Source of the DNA: Felis catus
Taxonomy: Eukaryota
Reading direction: 5' to 3'
Assembly (NCBI RefSeq): GCF_018350175.1
Contig: NC_058382.1
Coordinates: 59,770,001 to 59,834,000 of the forward strand
Length of the DNA: 64,000 nt
Position 1 is the first letter of the stretch. The number at the start of each line of letters is the position of its first letter. Below the pieces are notes generated by a model. The model saw only the letters and a program-made list of their open reading frames with translations. It searched no databases and was not told where the DNA came from. Positions 14,556 through 26,139 of the stretch are shown here, in pieces. Both the position numbers and the translations under genes were made by a program.

Positions 14556-15829
14556 TAGTCCTCATGAACCCAAGCCAATGGAGAGGGAGCGATTGGGAGA
14601 GGAGCACAAACCCAAAGCAACACAACACGGCAATAAACTTCTAGGTGGTTGGACGCGGGCTAGCGCAGCCAGAGAGGCTGCTGGAGGGAGGGAGGAGGAG
14701 GCCCAGGAATCTCGCCTTCCAGTGGCTGAATCATTTTGCCGTTAGTTTAGGGAATGCTCTGTGCCTTCATTCTAACATGCCACCACATTCAGGGCCGAGC
14801 CCGCCCGCCTGTCCTGGCTGTAAGATGGTTTCCGTGCAGGGAGCCTCGGCCGGGGCTCCTTTGCAGCTGTGCCCCTGTCCCGGACACTCCGGTGTCCACT
14901 CCTCCTTGCATCCGACAGGCATGGAGCATTTTCTGTTCCTGGAAGCCAGACCCCGAACAAGCCAGCTCTCCAGATGCCCCCTTCCCCCACCTGGGAGCTT
15001 ATCCTCAGAAGTGGCTCTGTGCCTCCCTCTTGGCGGCTTGCTAATTTTTCAGGCATGGATGCCTGGGAAAGGCGTGGGGCGCAGCGGTGACTTGTGTGCT
15101 TCTGCTGGGCATGGAAATCATGAACGGACGTGTGGTCTTCTCCCTGCCTGCTTGCTGCCTCCACATCTTAGGAAGCAGGCACTAGACACCTGCTCCCTGG
15201 CCACATCCAGGAGTGATGGAGGGCTGGAGAGTAATTATTATTTTGGCTTATGCAACTGAGAGGCAGGGTTCATCATTACTCAAAGGGGAGGAGGCGTGGG
15301 GGGCAGTTAATTATATAATGCTCCTGCCTGTCAAAGCCGTGCCCAGCCCCGTCCCAGGCGGCCTCTTTGCTGTTGTTGTTTTCAGGGAGCAGGTTGGAGA
15401 GCCTTCTGGACCCTGGAGTGCAGGGGCTGGACCGAGCAGACAGCCCTCTCCGGGTTCTAGGCCGTGTGTGTGCATGCGTGCGCGTGCGTGCGCGCGCCCG
15501 CGTGCACACGGCGAGGCTTGGGCAGCAGATGTGGGTGGCTGAGGTGGGCGGCTCAGCAGCCTGGCGCTCCCAGCTGGGCTCTTTGGGAGCCCAAGGGTAG
15601 TTGTCACCCTGGGGGCTCTGCCCATGCTGCTCTGCGGATCAGTCCCTCCAGAGGTGTTCCCAGCTGTGCCTGAGCCAGGAAAGCGGTTTCTAGGCCTCAT
15701 ATGGGAGCCTGGGGAGGAGAGGAGCCAAGCCCCTGTCTCTGTGGAACTCCCTGGAATATCTAAGAGTGAGGTCCAGCTCTCTAGGCTGCCCAGCTTCCCC
15801 AGACATCTTGGGTGGCCCACAGAAATCCG

Positions 15830-15950
15830 TTCTCCGTTCAACAGATATCTACTGAGCCCTTGCTATGAGCGGGTGCTCTGGGCTCTGGGAAACCAGCCGC
15901 GAGTGAAGCAGACAAAAATTGTTGCCCTCAGAGAGCTTCCACTCTAGAGG
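15830..15950 (-). mobile_element. L2 3' fragment
   Basis: ttcaacagatatctactgagcc...gccctcagagagcttccactctag resembles the reverse of the L2 3' end. Confidence 0.6.
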
Positions 15951-16999
15951 GAAAGGTGATGGTTCCATTGTGTTTACCGGGTGGGGGGGGGGGTGCGGGG
16001 AGGGGGAGAGGATCTGATGCTGTGGCTGGCCGTGAGTTTAGGGTTCAATGTGTTGATGTGAGAAATGCTTCCTTCCATTGGTCAGTGTTCTTGGATCTGT
16101 ATCCCCTATCCAGTCAGTGACACAGGACTCTGCTCCCTAAAGTACTTCCCTCCCTCCACATTGCCCCGCTGGAGTCTCCCACGGTGGAGGGGGGGGACCA
16201 TGTCCATTTTACAGATGACGCCAGAGAGACCCAGGGGCCCATGGGACAGGCCAGAGCCCCCCAGCCTGTGGCAGCAGAGTCACAGTTGGAACCTTGATGT
16301 GTCCCCACATTACACCACCTGTAGGCCAACCGAGGCAGGCTTACAGGCACAGGACGCCAGGGCTGACTGCTCCCTTCTGGTTGGTGATACGGCATGATGG
16401 AAAATCGAATTGACCCTTTTGGCCTGGGATAATCAGGCCAGACATCTGGGGCCACCTTTCTACAACGCGGTCTGTGCTTCTCATCAGGAAGGAAGTGACT
16501 GTGGAGAATGTGTATCCTCTAGCAGTCCGTCAGGCCAGCAGAACCAAAGTGGGGGTGTCGCAGCTCTGGGTCGGGATGCCGGTGGGCGTGGCGGCTCATG
16601 CTTCCAGGGAGGGCAGGCGGAGGTTTAATGAGTTCACGGTCCCGACTCCAGTCCGACGTTTCCTTTGCACAAGGCGTGGGAATATGGGGCAGGTATCAGC
16701 ACAGCTCCTGAACCTCAGCACAGGTTCCAGTGCTGACTTGGGGAAACGGCGATTTTCATGAATGATGCGCTCATGGCAAACATATTCTACATTTGGCTGG
16801 AATTGGTATGGACTCCATTTCAACTGGGGCCGCTTCTGCCAACTCCTCCCCTTCCAGGTTTGTCCTCCCCCAAGTGCAAGGCAGGCGTTTTCTGTGGACG
16901 TGGGCTGAGTGACTTCTGCGGTCTGTGGGGTGACCCTGTGGAGAGGGTGAGACCCTGGGGGCACGGGGCGGCACGAGCACATGCTGTATAGAGTTGTAG

Positions 17000-17500
17000 C
17001 CATTTGGGCTTTGTGAGCTCAGACAAGCTACTTGACTTCTCTGAGCCTCTGTTGCTTCATCTGTATGAAGGGCTGGTAATAATATCTGTGAAGTAGGTGG
17101 GGATTAATTGAGGTGGCGTGTGTGGCTGTGCCAGGGATGTAGTGAGCATTGACTTTTACTTATCACTATTCTTTTATCACAGCACACGTTCAATGAGCGT
17201 CGCTTACAGTGACCGTTACCAGGACCGATAGCCAGGTGTGATCATGGTAATAACGAAAATGATGATAAGTGGCGATATTAAACACTTACCGTGTGCCAGC
17301 CGTGTGGCCAGTGTTTGCAGGGTGATAGCACTTCATTCCCGTACCTGGGTGGATGCAGGGTGGATTTTCTTGTCCTTCCCATTTCCCACACTGGGAAGCA
17401 GAGGCGTGGAGAGATGAGATGATTTGGCTGGTGGGTGCAGGGCGGCATCAGGATTCGCACTCAGGACAGCGATTCCAGAGCCTGTGGTTTTGTGTGGAAC
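17000..17500. mobile_element. Two MIR fragments in opposite orientation
   Basis: ctctgagcctctgttgcttcatctgta (sense core, ~17040) and cccatttcccacactgggaagcagaggc (antisense core, ~17380). Confidence 0.55.
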
Positions 17501-19036
17501 ACGTTCTCTAAACTCCCTTGTGCAAAACTACCTCCTCGTTCCTTCCTCTTCCTCCGCACCCTGCTTCTCCTCTGGGCGTGGCAGCCAGGAGCTGTAGGCA
17601 AAGGCACAGGCGCCCCCCCGGGTGTTCCCCCCGCTGCCCCGCCTGCACGCACCGCCCCTTCTCCACTTCTCTACACCCCTGCGCTTGGCCACACAGGTAA
17701 ACATTTCCTCCTGGTGCCATGTACACAGGACCCCTCGGACCAAAGTTACCCCCACAAATAAACCCTCCCACAGCCCGAAAGATGTGAGTCATCTCACGTA
17801 CCAGGCCTCCCCCCTCAAATGCAGATTCCGTTCACTGGCCCAGATCCCTCGGCCCACACGAATCACACACGCCCACAGTCAAAATCCCGGGCCCTCTGCG
17901 CCTGTGCGCACACGCACGCACAATACACCTGTCACCCGGAGATGTTTCCACCCTGTCCCCCAAAACACAGCCACGTGTACCCTCCAAACCCCTCCCGACT
18001 GCTGCTCCAGGAGCCCCTGTGCCTGTGTGGGGAGAGTGCCAGCCTTACACGACGAGGCTCAGGTTACAGATGGAGCGGGAGGCTTAGTTTCCACTTTAAA
18101 CACGTGTTTATGCAGTTCATGCCCCCTTTTAAGGGGGAAGAAGCCCATATCCAATCAAAATAAATGACCATTGGGCATATTTTTGACGCTAGGCCGTGAA
18201 TATGTGAAGGCAACCTTTTTAAAAAAGAAAATCCCAGTGCCAGGTCCCAGGTTAGGGAGGAAGCAGGTCGGGGACACCAGACACAGGCCAATGGGAGTTC
18301 GTTTCAGAAACAAAAGAAGCACTCAGCTATTGGAGATAAAAGCATCTCCTCAGAGATTCTGGTTCAGCCACTTTGGCAAGGGAAAAGGCTCCAGGAGGTG
18401 AACGCAGGAAGAAAAAGCAAATAACTAGTTCTTTGTTGCCAATAATAGCTGAGGAAGAAGTGTTACTGAGCACCCCTCACCCAACATAGCCCTGGAGCCA
18501 GAGTTGGGCGCTTTATATCAGGAGCTGTACCCAAGCTGGCAAGGAGGCCAGGGTCAGCACCCTCTGGAAATAGCTGCCCCACCAGGTATTAGTGAGCAGC
18601 CCTGGCTGACGGAAACAGTTAACACAGCTGTCGGGCAGGGCCAGGAGCCTCTGTTGCGTCTCTTCGGGGCTCTTTTCCCTCCCCGGTTTCCCCCCGGGCC
18701 TGCACAACCGTAAGGACAGCTGGCTATCGATTATGGGCTGATGGCTGTGGATGTAACACTCACAGTGTCCTTTGATGACCACATATCACAGGATGTGTGG
18801 ATTCGTGGGATCCACAGGGGGCGATGTGTGTTTGGAATTTCCACAGTGGTCACCCTCTCTTAGACCAGCCACCTCGCCAATTTGTAGTCTCCTGGCTTGT
18901 GTGAGGCACGTGGTGGGTGAAGGCAAGGGCCGCCTGGGGTCCTGGCTGTGCTTCAAACAGGCTCTAGGCATCAGACCAGGGGTTTTTCTGGGTCCACCGA
19001 GTCTTTGCATAGGATAGGAGGGGAGCGGCCGGTCTC

Positions 19037-19057
19037 TTCAGCACCTTGGAGAGCGCC
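19037..19057 (+). promoter_or_regulatory. RE1/NRSE (REST-binding) element in intron 1
   Basis: TTCAGCACCTTGGAGAGCGCC versus consensus TTCAGCACCnnGGACAGCGCC: canonical 2-nt spacer, one C>G difference. The host is a neuronal gene. Confidence 0.8.
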
Positions 19058-19564
19058 ACACACGTGCCGCCATGGCTTTGCTCTCCTTCCTCCCCCACAC
19101 CACCTCTAACGACCAGGGTGCCCAACTGAGCCTCCCGGCCAGTGACTGCCTGGCCCTGACCCGTCCAGCACATTTGGCCATGAGAAGTTTGCCCGTTCCC
19201 ACCCTGTTGCTGTCTGGGGGCCACACTCCAAGGAATACCACCACCGGGGCATTGGCTGTTTGCATCTCGATACTGTCCTGTTTTCCGAAAAAGTTGGGTG
19301 CCTCCAGGTGTCTGCTGGTGACCTGAGAGAGCATCTCCTGGCTAGCGGGGCGGGTCCAGGTGAGGTCTTTGGTAAGACTTGTACAAGGTGCTCTGAGTCT
19401 GAGGTTCATCTCTACCTCAGGTTGTGTGTGTCTCAGTTCTCACGGACTGTGCGTGGTTATAGGCGCACCAGAGGCAGGCAGAGGAATGGTCTTGTCTGTA
19501 CCAACCCGCGAAAGACTACTGGGCCACCTTCCTCCTTAAATCAGCACCACTGGAGTACTCATCT

Positions 19565-19755
19565 AGAACAACCCTGCCCAGCACAGTGGCTGCTGGCCAC
19601 ATATGGCTATTTCAATTAATTATGATGAAATGAAAGTTAGATATTCAGTGCCTCAATCTCAGCAGCCACATTCCAAGTGTTTGATAGCAACACGGATCTG
19701 GCAGCTCTCATGGACCATGCGGAATGTGTCCACCGCCACAGAAGGTTCTGTTAGA
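19565..19755. mobile_element. MER3/MER33-like DNA transposon fossil
   Basis: gccacatatggctattt...gcagccacattccaagtgtttgatagc...cacagaaggttctgtt motifs. Confidence 0.6.
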
Positions 19756-20419
19756 GTGTGAGCTTCACGCAGGGAGGGGTGGGTCCATGCTGGTCACCAC
19801 TGTGTGTCCGGTGACTACAATGGTGCCAGCATGCTGTTTGTGGAGTGAATGAAGTGTGCCAAGGCCGTATACGGGGTAATTTCACTCACCATCCTGCCAC
19901 ACGTCCATCTCATTACAAGAACTTACACCCGGGCATTGATAGTTAAAGGGAAAATGTTCCCTGAGACCCTCCTGTCTCACTGAAAGGTCAGCCTCACTGA
20001 AAATTCTCTGAAGGCATCACTGTTACAAGTCCCTGATGGGGTTTGTTTTGCTCTTGGTGCTGTCATTGCTGGTAAGAGGCCTTGCCAGTGTTTCCCATGA
20101 GTGAGGCGGATGGCATAGAATGAAGTGAATCCGTCCCAAGGGTGTTCTCATGATGTGAGGCTGCGATGCAGCCATGGCTGGAGGACACGGCTGGAGCACT
20201 GTGTAGTGAGCAGCGTTCCAAAGTCCTGGAAAAGATGCAGAAAAACAAGCAGCCCTTTATCTACCCGTGTCGTAACTCTCTTTACCGCTACGGTTGCCTT
20301 GGCTCGATTTGTTGGGTTGTTGAGAAGCATTTACTGAGCCCCTACTACGTTCGAGGTGCAAAGACAGAACAGTTCAGGTCGACCTTCAGTGAATCAACCT
20401 GGAAATAGTTGCTGAGTCT

Positions 20420-20700
20420 GACTGTGTCTTCGTCTGTTCGAGCCGTTGCAAATTACCACAGGTCGGGGGGGGGGGGGGGTGGGCGGTGCTTCTAAATGAC
20501 AGTGTGTGTTTCTCCCAGCTCTGGAGGCTGGGAAGTTTGAGATCAAGATGTTGGCCGATTGGGGGCTCCTTTATCAGGACACTGATCCCATTCATGAGGG
20601 CCCCACCCCCATAACCTCACCACCCCTGAAGGTCCCACCTTCTAACAGCATCTCATTTATGACCTCTGAATTTAGGGGACACAGACATTCAGTCAGTAGC
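20420..20700 (-). mobile_element. MaLR LTR (MLT1A-like)
   Basis: ctggaggctgggaagtttgagatcaag...gggggacacagacattcagtcagtagca, the reverse of MLT1A termini. Confidence 0.7.
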
Positions 20701-21149
20701 AGCCAGTGTGCCGAACATAGCTTGCAGGAATGTACAAGAAACAGGGGGATGTGACTTGTACCAAAAAGTCTGGATGTGAGACAAAAATGTGTACGATAAT
20801 CAGGGGTTTCTCATTCCAGAGTTTGGGGACTGATGGAAACACTGCAGGTGAGGGTTCTGAGAAGGGAAGGGGGACGTGTGTGTCCTTGAGCAGCAGAGGC
20901 ATCCCAGGGGAGGGGTCTGCTGAGCTCCGGTGGTGGGAAGGGGATTTTTGCCCCGAGTCTGTTGACCCTGCAGGAGGCATGTTCTCTGTGATGGAATCAT
21001 GACACTCCTTGTCAACATGTGCCGGCTCCCACCTTCCCGGGGGTGACCCAGGGGAGCTCCCTGGTGCTCCTGGAGGCCTCTGGAAACACCCAGGTCATCT
21101 GTGCTGCTGGCTGGGCAGGCTGCTGGTCCCCTACTGTTGCTACTCGAGG

Positions 21150-21330
21150 CAAGTGCTTTGCAAACTTGACTCTGCGTCAGAATCACCCAGAAGGTGCAGA
21201 AAGCAGATTGTTGCCTCACCCCTGCATTTCTGGCCGGAGATGCTGTCTGATAATGTCCATTTCTAACAAGTTTCATTGGGTGCTGCTGCTGCTGCTGGTC
21301 TGGGGACTGCACCTTTAGAAGCACGGCTGG
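21150..21330. mobile_element. MER5A-like hAT fossil
   Basis: gcgtcagaatcacc...atttctaacaagttt...gctgctggtctggggactgcacctttagaagcac. Confidence 0.65.
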
Positions 21331-21345
21331 AGGCTGGTGCTTCTT

Positions 21346-21589
21346 TATTTAATGTTCATTTATTTTTGAGAGACAGAGTGTGAGTGGAGGAGGGACAGAG
21401 AGAAAGAGGGAGACACAGGATCCTAAGTGGGGGAGGGGCAGAGAGAAAAGTGAGACACAGATTCCAAAACAGGCTCCAGGCTCTGAGCTGTCAGCACAGA
21501 GCCCAACGCGGGGCTCAAACTCATGAGCCATGAGATCATGACCTGAGCTGAAGTTGGACGCTCAACCCACTGAGCCACCCAGGCGCCCC
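21346..21589 (-). mobile_element. Feliform Can-SINE (SINEC_Fc-like)
   Basis: Full reverse SINE with a perfect 15-bp TSD AGGCTGGTGCTTCTT (21331-45 / 21591-605). Confidence 0.95.
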
Positions 21590-22624
21590 AAGGCTGGTGC
21601 TTCTTAACCCCAGGTGCACAGCAGAATCCCTGGGATGGTCCCCTTGAGATCATCCCCTTAGAAATGCAGAATCTTGGCCCCTCTCTCCCACCCCTGGAAT
21701 CTTGGTCCCTCTTCCCCACCCCTGCACGGGGGTCTCCAGGGCCAGAAGCTGCATGTGTGCAAGACGCCCAGGTGGCTCGCATGCGGGAGCTCCTAGTCTG
21801 GCTCCTAATCTCTGCTGCACATGGAATCTGGCTGCTTGGGAAAATGCTGATGCCTGGGCCCCACCCAGAGATGCCGACTGAGGTGGTCTGGGATTGGGAT
21901 TCTTTTAAAACTGTCCCGGAGATCCTGATGTGTAGCTGAGGTGGGGGGGGGGGGCACTCGTCCAGGGCATCACTGAGAGGGTGGCCGTGAAGAGCCTTGC
22001 TGGGGTTCTGCCTGGCACCACAGCAGCCTGGCTCTGGGAGGGTGGCCTCCTGGCCCAGGAACGTGATGGGAGCCGTCAGGGCCGAGAGCCGCCGCTCTGG
22101 ACAGTTCTTCAAACTCCGGGTCAAGTGGCTCATGAAGTACATGTTGTACTTCATTAAAAAAAAGAAAAACAAATAGACTTGCAGATTTTTAAGCACCGTG
22201 CCCATGTTACAGCAAGGAGGAGAGCTGCTGTGTGCCGGCCTGTCGCCATGCAGCCCCTCCTGTCTCTGCCCTCTCCTCCTCCTTCCTTACGGCCACGCCA
22301 GTCCCTGGATTTAGGGCCCAGCCCAAATCCAGGACGGTCTCTGGAGATCCTTAACTTCATTGCACCTACAGGGACCCTTTACCCGTGTGAGCACACATTC
22401 ACAGGCACTGAGGTTAGGGTGTGGACGTGTCTGTCTGGGGGACACTGGCCAACCCGCTACAGGGTCTCGCGGACTTCAGTTTGAAAGTGCTCCGAAGCAC
22501 AAACATGCTCACGTCGAACCCCAGAGCCGTGGAGATTCCTCTGCAAGAAGGACACTCTCAGTTTTTGAACGTCCGCTTTGTTCCGGGTACCGGCCTGTGT
22601 GCCTTCCCAGAGTCCTTGCTCCTT

Positions 22625-22826
22625 TTGTTTATTTTATTTTTTTTAAGCTTATTTATTCTGAGAAAGAGAGCATGAGAGAGCATGGGGAGGCAGAGAGGGA
22701 GGGAGAGAGGGAATCCCAAGCAAGCTCCGCACTGTCCACGCAGAACCCAATGTGGGGCTTGATCCTGCGAACCTGAGCCGAAACCAAGAGTCGGATGCTT
22801 AGCCGACTGAGCCACCCAGGCGCCCC
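22625..22826 (-). mobile_element. Can-SINE
   Basis: Reverse head agccgactgagccacccaggcgcccc; TTGCTCCTT duplicated on both flanks. Confidence 0.92.
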
Positions 22827-24689
22827 AACGTTGCTCCTTCTAGTTTTTAAAGTAGCGCCGTGAAGCAGGGCATGCGCTCCCACGTAAGACAGGAGAAGGG
22901 ATGCTCATAGGATGGCCGGGCTTGGCGAGGTCACAGGGCCGGTGAGGGGAGGGGGCACACTAGAGCAGTCTGCAGCACCCGCTGAGGTGAGGGCACCTCC
23001 TGAGGGGACAGTCATCTCAGCCACCCGCTGGCTCTCCAGTTGAGGGCGCTGAGGCCCAGGGAGGCGCCCGCGGTCTCACAGTCATGCAGAGGTAGGGAAG
23101 GATGGCCCGGTCTCCTGAACCCCGGCCTTCGGTGACCCTTCGCTCAGCATTTCATAAACTTGTGGGTTCTCCCGGGTTCCTCCGAGAGCATGGCGAGGCT
23201 GAGGGTCCTCTCCCAGGACACACGCAGGGCCCTGCACACATGAGGCATTTTGTCGGTACTTGTGGGGGTTCATGGACTCCCTGAGACTTCTCTGTGGACC
23301 CCAGGATAGGAACCCTCCCGTTCTCCACAGGTGCCCAGACACACGGACGTGACCATCACCGCACACGGCAGGTGGGACACGGGAGGAAGGCCGGAGCCAG
23401 CAGGCTCTGACCTGTGGGTACAGAGAAAAGGCTGGAGGGAGCAGAGCTGGCCTCCCCACCTCCCCTCCCCTGAACACACCCCTTCTCTCTCCAAGGCCTC
23501 ACAGTCCTGAGTTTGTCCTGCCGGGACTCGGCCGTCTGCCCCACCAGGCAGCATGTGATCCTTAGGACTTCATCCCGTGCCCTCCCCACCAGGTCCATAG
23601 GCCTGGTGTCCGCAGTCTGGCCATGAGCTGGGAGCCACCTGTGCCTTCTTTCACTCGGTGCCTCTGGGAGGAAGGCATGACTCCTCCATTCTGCAGGGGA
23701 AACTGAGGCCCAGCGAGTCCTAGGAAGTTGGGGTGCTGACACAGTCTCAACATCTTGTGGTCCGCTTCAAACCTCCCACCCAAGGCCCCTGGATAGACTC
23801 CCCAGGAGGGAATCTAGCCCAGGGCACACATCTGGGGCCATCCAGGGCAGGGGTCCTGAGGACCAGACCTGAGAATCACCCACCGCTCCCCGTCCGCCTC
23901 TGTGGGTTGGGGACAAACAAGGGCAGGAAAGGAGCCCTTGAAGGTGGCTGAGGGGAGGTCTCACCGTAAGGAGCCCGGGAGGGATTTTCAGCGGGGTGTT
24001 CCCAGGAGCACCAGGCGGGGGCCTCCCTGGGAGGCCTGTATGATAAGCCAGTGCAGGCTTTCTTGGTCCTCGAGGGGCCGCGAGCTGGCGTCCCACTGTC
24101 CGCCTGGGGACCGTGCGTGACCTTTCTGGGGCCCCGCCCCCGGCCAGCTGGTTGCTCGCTGGTGAGTTCAAAGGCCTGGCTCCCTGTGGGTGGATCTGGG
24201 GAGCTGTGGTTGAAACGCACTTTGGGGAGGATGGTGCGGGGCGCCCCTCCTCAGACCCCCAGAGTGCCTCTGGGCCTCTGTGCGTGCGTGCTCCCGGGCA
24301 CTGTAATTACTGGCCTCTGTGGTTGTCCTGTCCCCCTCCCCATGCACTGGAGTCTCTGAGGGGGCAGAGACTGGCTCTTGCGGGTTCCTCCCTGTGGCCT
24401 TGTAGCAGGGAAATCTGCAGAAATTCTGGTTGGCTGATGCATGGATGACAGTCCCTCCAAAAGCAGTGGGGGCAGAGGGCAGGGGGCAGTGGGGGGGGCG
24501 GTGTGTGAAGGGAGAACAGCAGGGCAAGGGCCCTGAGGCTGGAACAGGTGTGGTTCTGAACTGGAGGAAGAGGGTGAGAGGAGGGAGGGTGTGAGCACAT
24601 ATTCCAGGCCACGGCAGGAAGGGCAGGAAGGGCGCTGAAGGGTTTAGGCAGGTCAGCAGCACCCCGTGGTGTTCCTGCTTTTGAATAAT

Positions 24690-25250
24690 TAAGTTTTAAT
24701 TTCAAGATGCCCCTAGACTCCCGCGGTTGTGCCCTCCACCGTCTCCCCAAAGTAACACCTGACAGAAGGACCACGCAGCGTTGAGGCCGGGATATCAATA
24801 TGGACACTGGGTTTCAGCAGCCGGGACCCCTCCACCCCCCAGCCTGCCACCCTTTCAGAGCCGCACCCTCCCCCCTCTCGTCCCTGGCACCCACTCCTCT
24901 GCTCCCCATCTTGTCATTTTCTCATTTCCGGAATGTTCTATACACGGAATCGTGGGGTATGCAACCTACGGGGACTGGCTTTTTTCACTCACTGCGGTTC
25001 TCGGGAGACCCATCCAGCTCGTTGTGTGCGCCCAGACTTCGTTCCTCTTCACTGCTGACCGGTGTCCGGGGTGAGCGTGTGCTTGGACCATGGCTTCCAT
25101 ACCCATCACAGTTCAGGGGCATCCGGGGCGTTTCCCGTTCGGGGCTATGATGGACACAGCGCCTGCAGACTCTCACGGAGAGGTTCTTATGTGAGCGTGA
25201 GCCTTGGTCTCTCTGCGATACAACTGCTGGGCCCTTGCTGTTTGTGCCGG
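24690..25250 (-). mobile_element. Old L1 3' fragment
   Basis: ggactggcttttttcactcactgcgg and gcgtttcccgttcggggctatga motifs of reverse L1M 3' UTR. Confidence 0.6.
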
Positions 25251-25978
25251 TGTCTTTGGGTAATGACTCTGGCTGCTGGGTGGGGAAGGAAATGGGGACC
25301 AGAGTGGAAGCTGGGGACCCCCAGAGGGTGCTCGTGTCCAGGGGAGGGGAGATGATGGCCTGGGTCTGGGTGGGGGCAGTGGCTGGGCAGGTGCGCGGTG
25401 CCCGGGACGGCGTCTGGGGGCAGGAATTGGTGTGGAAGGTGTGTGGTGTGAGAGGCTGCGTGCTGGGTGAGGGTGGAGGGAGCAGGGGGTTGTGCATCTG
25501 ATCGGAATGGGGGCTGGGAGGTGGCACAAAGTCAGGAGAGAGTGGCCCCGGAGGCGAGAAGCGCCAGGATCAGAATCGGGCCTGAGAAGGAGGAAGGTGT
25601 GGAGGATGAAGACGGGCCAAGAGGCAGGTGGCCCTGAGGGGTGGGGGTGCGGAGGACATCAGGAACAGAGACAGGACGTGGACTGTTGTCCCAGCCCTGT
25701 GTTCACCCTTTGCAGCCAATAGGTCACCTTACGGCCCCACCACCCCACGAGGCCATTTCACAGACAAGGAAACGAAGGCTGGGGGATGGAGTGACTTTCC
25801 CGAGTCACTTGGAAGGTTTGGATTCCAGAAGCAACGGAATCACACGAGGTGGGACTGAGCCCAGCCATCAGGTCCTTGGTCACAAGCCCCCCCTTGGGGG
25901 CTCCCGGAGGCTGGATGGGAGACCAGATGAAGGTCTGTGCGCGCCTGCCTGCTGCACGCAGATGCTCGGTGAGCGAGC

Positions 25979-26009
25979 TGACGTCACGTCACGTGGTTGT
26001 TTACACCTG
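25979..26009. promoter_or_regulatory. Candidate enhancer core: full CRE, E-boxes and forkhead motif
   Basis: TGACGTCA (25979-86), CGTCA (25987-91), GTCACGTG (25988-95), TGTTTAC (25998-26004) and CACCTG (26004-09), overlapping in non-repeat sequence. Confidence 0.45.
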
Positions 26010-26139
26010 TGGAAGTCCCCAGCGGTGGATCGTGGCCCCCGCTCTGCCGTCACCTTTTCCCCGCTTGTCATTATGCCCCCGAGGTTGTTCCGTATCAAGC
26101 CTGCACCCCGAGAGCGGATGAATGATGCCGTCGTGACGT

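Noticed and set aside
19540..19560. Second RE1-like sequence TCAGCACCACTGGAGTAC
   Set aside because: Only the left half-site matches; spacer and right half deviate.
21281..21298. Short (CTG)5 run as the HDL2 repeat
   Set aside because: Lies in a MER5A-like fossil 7 kb from exon 1; the HDL2-like flanks are at ~14.8 kb.
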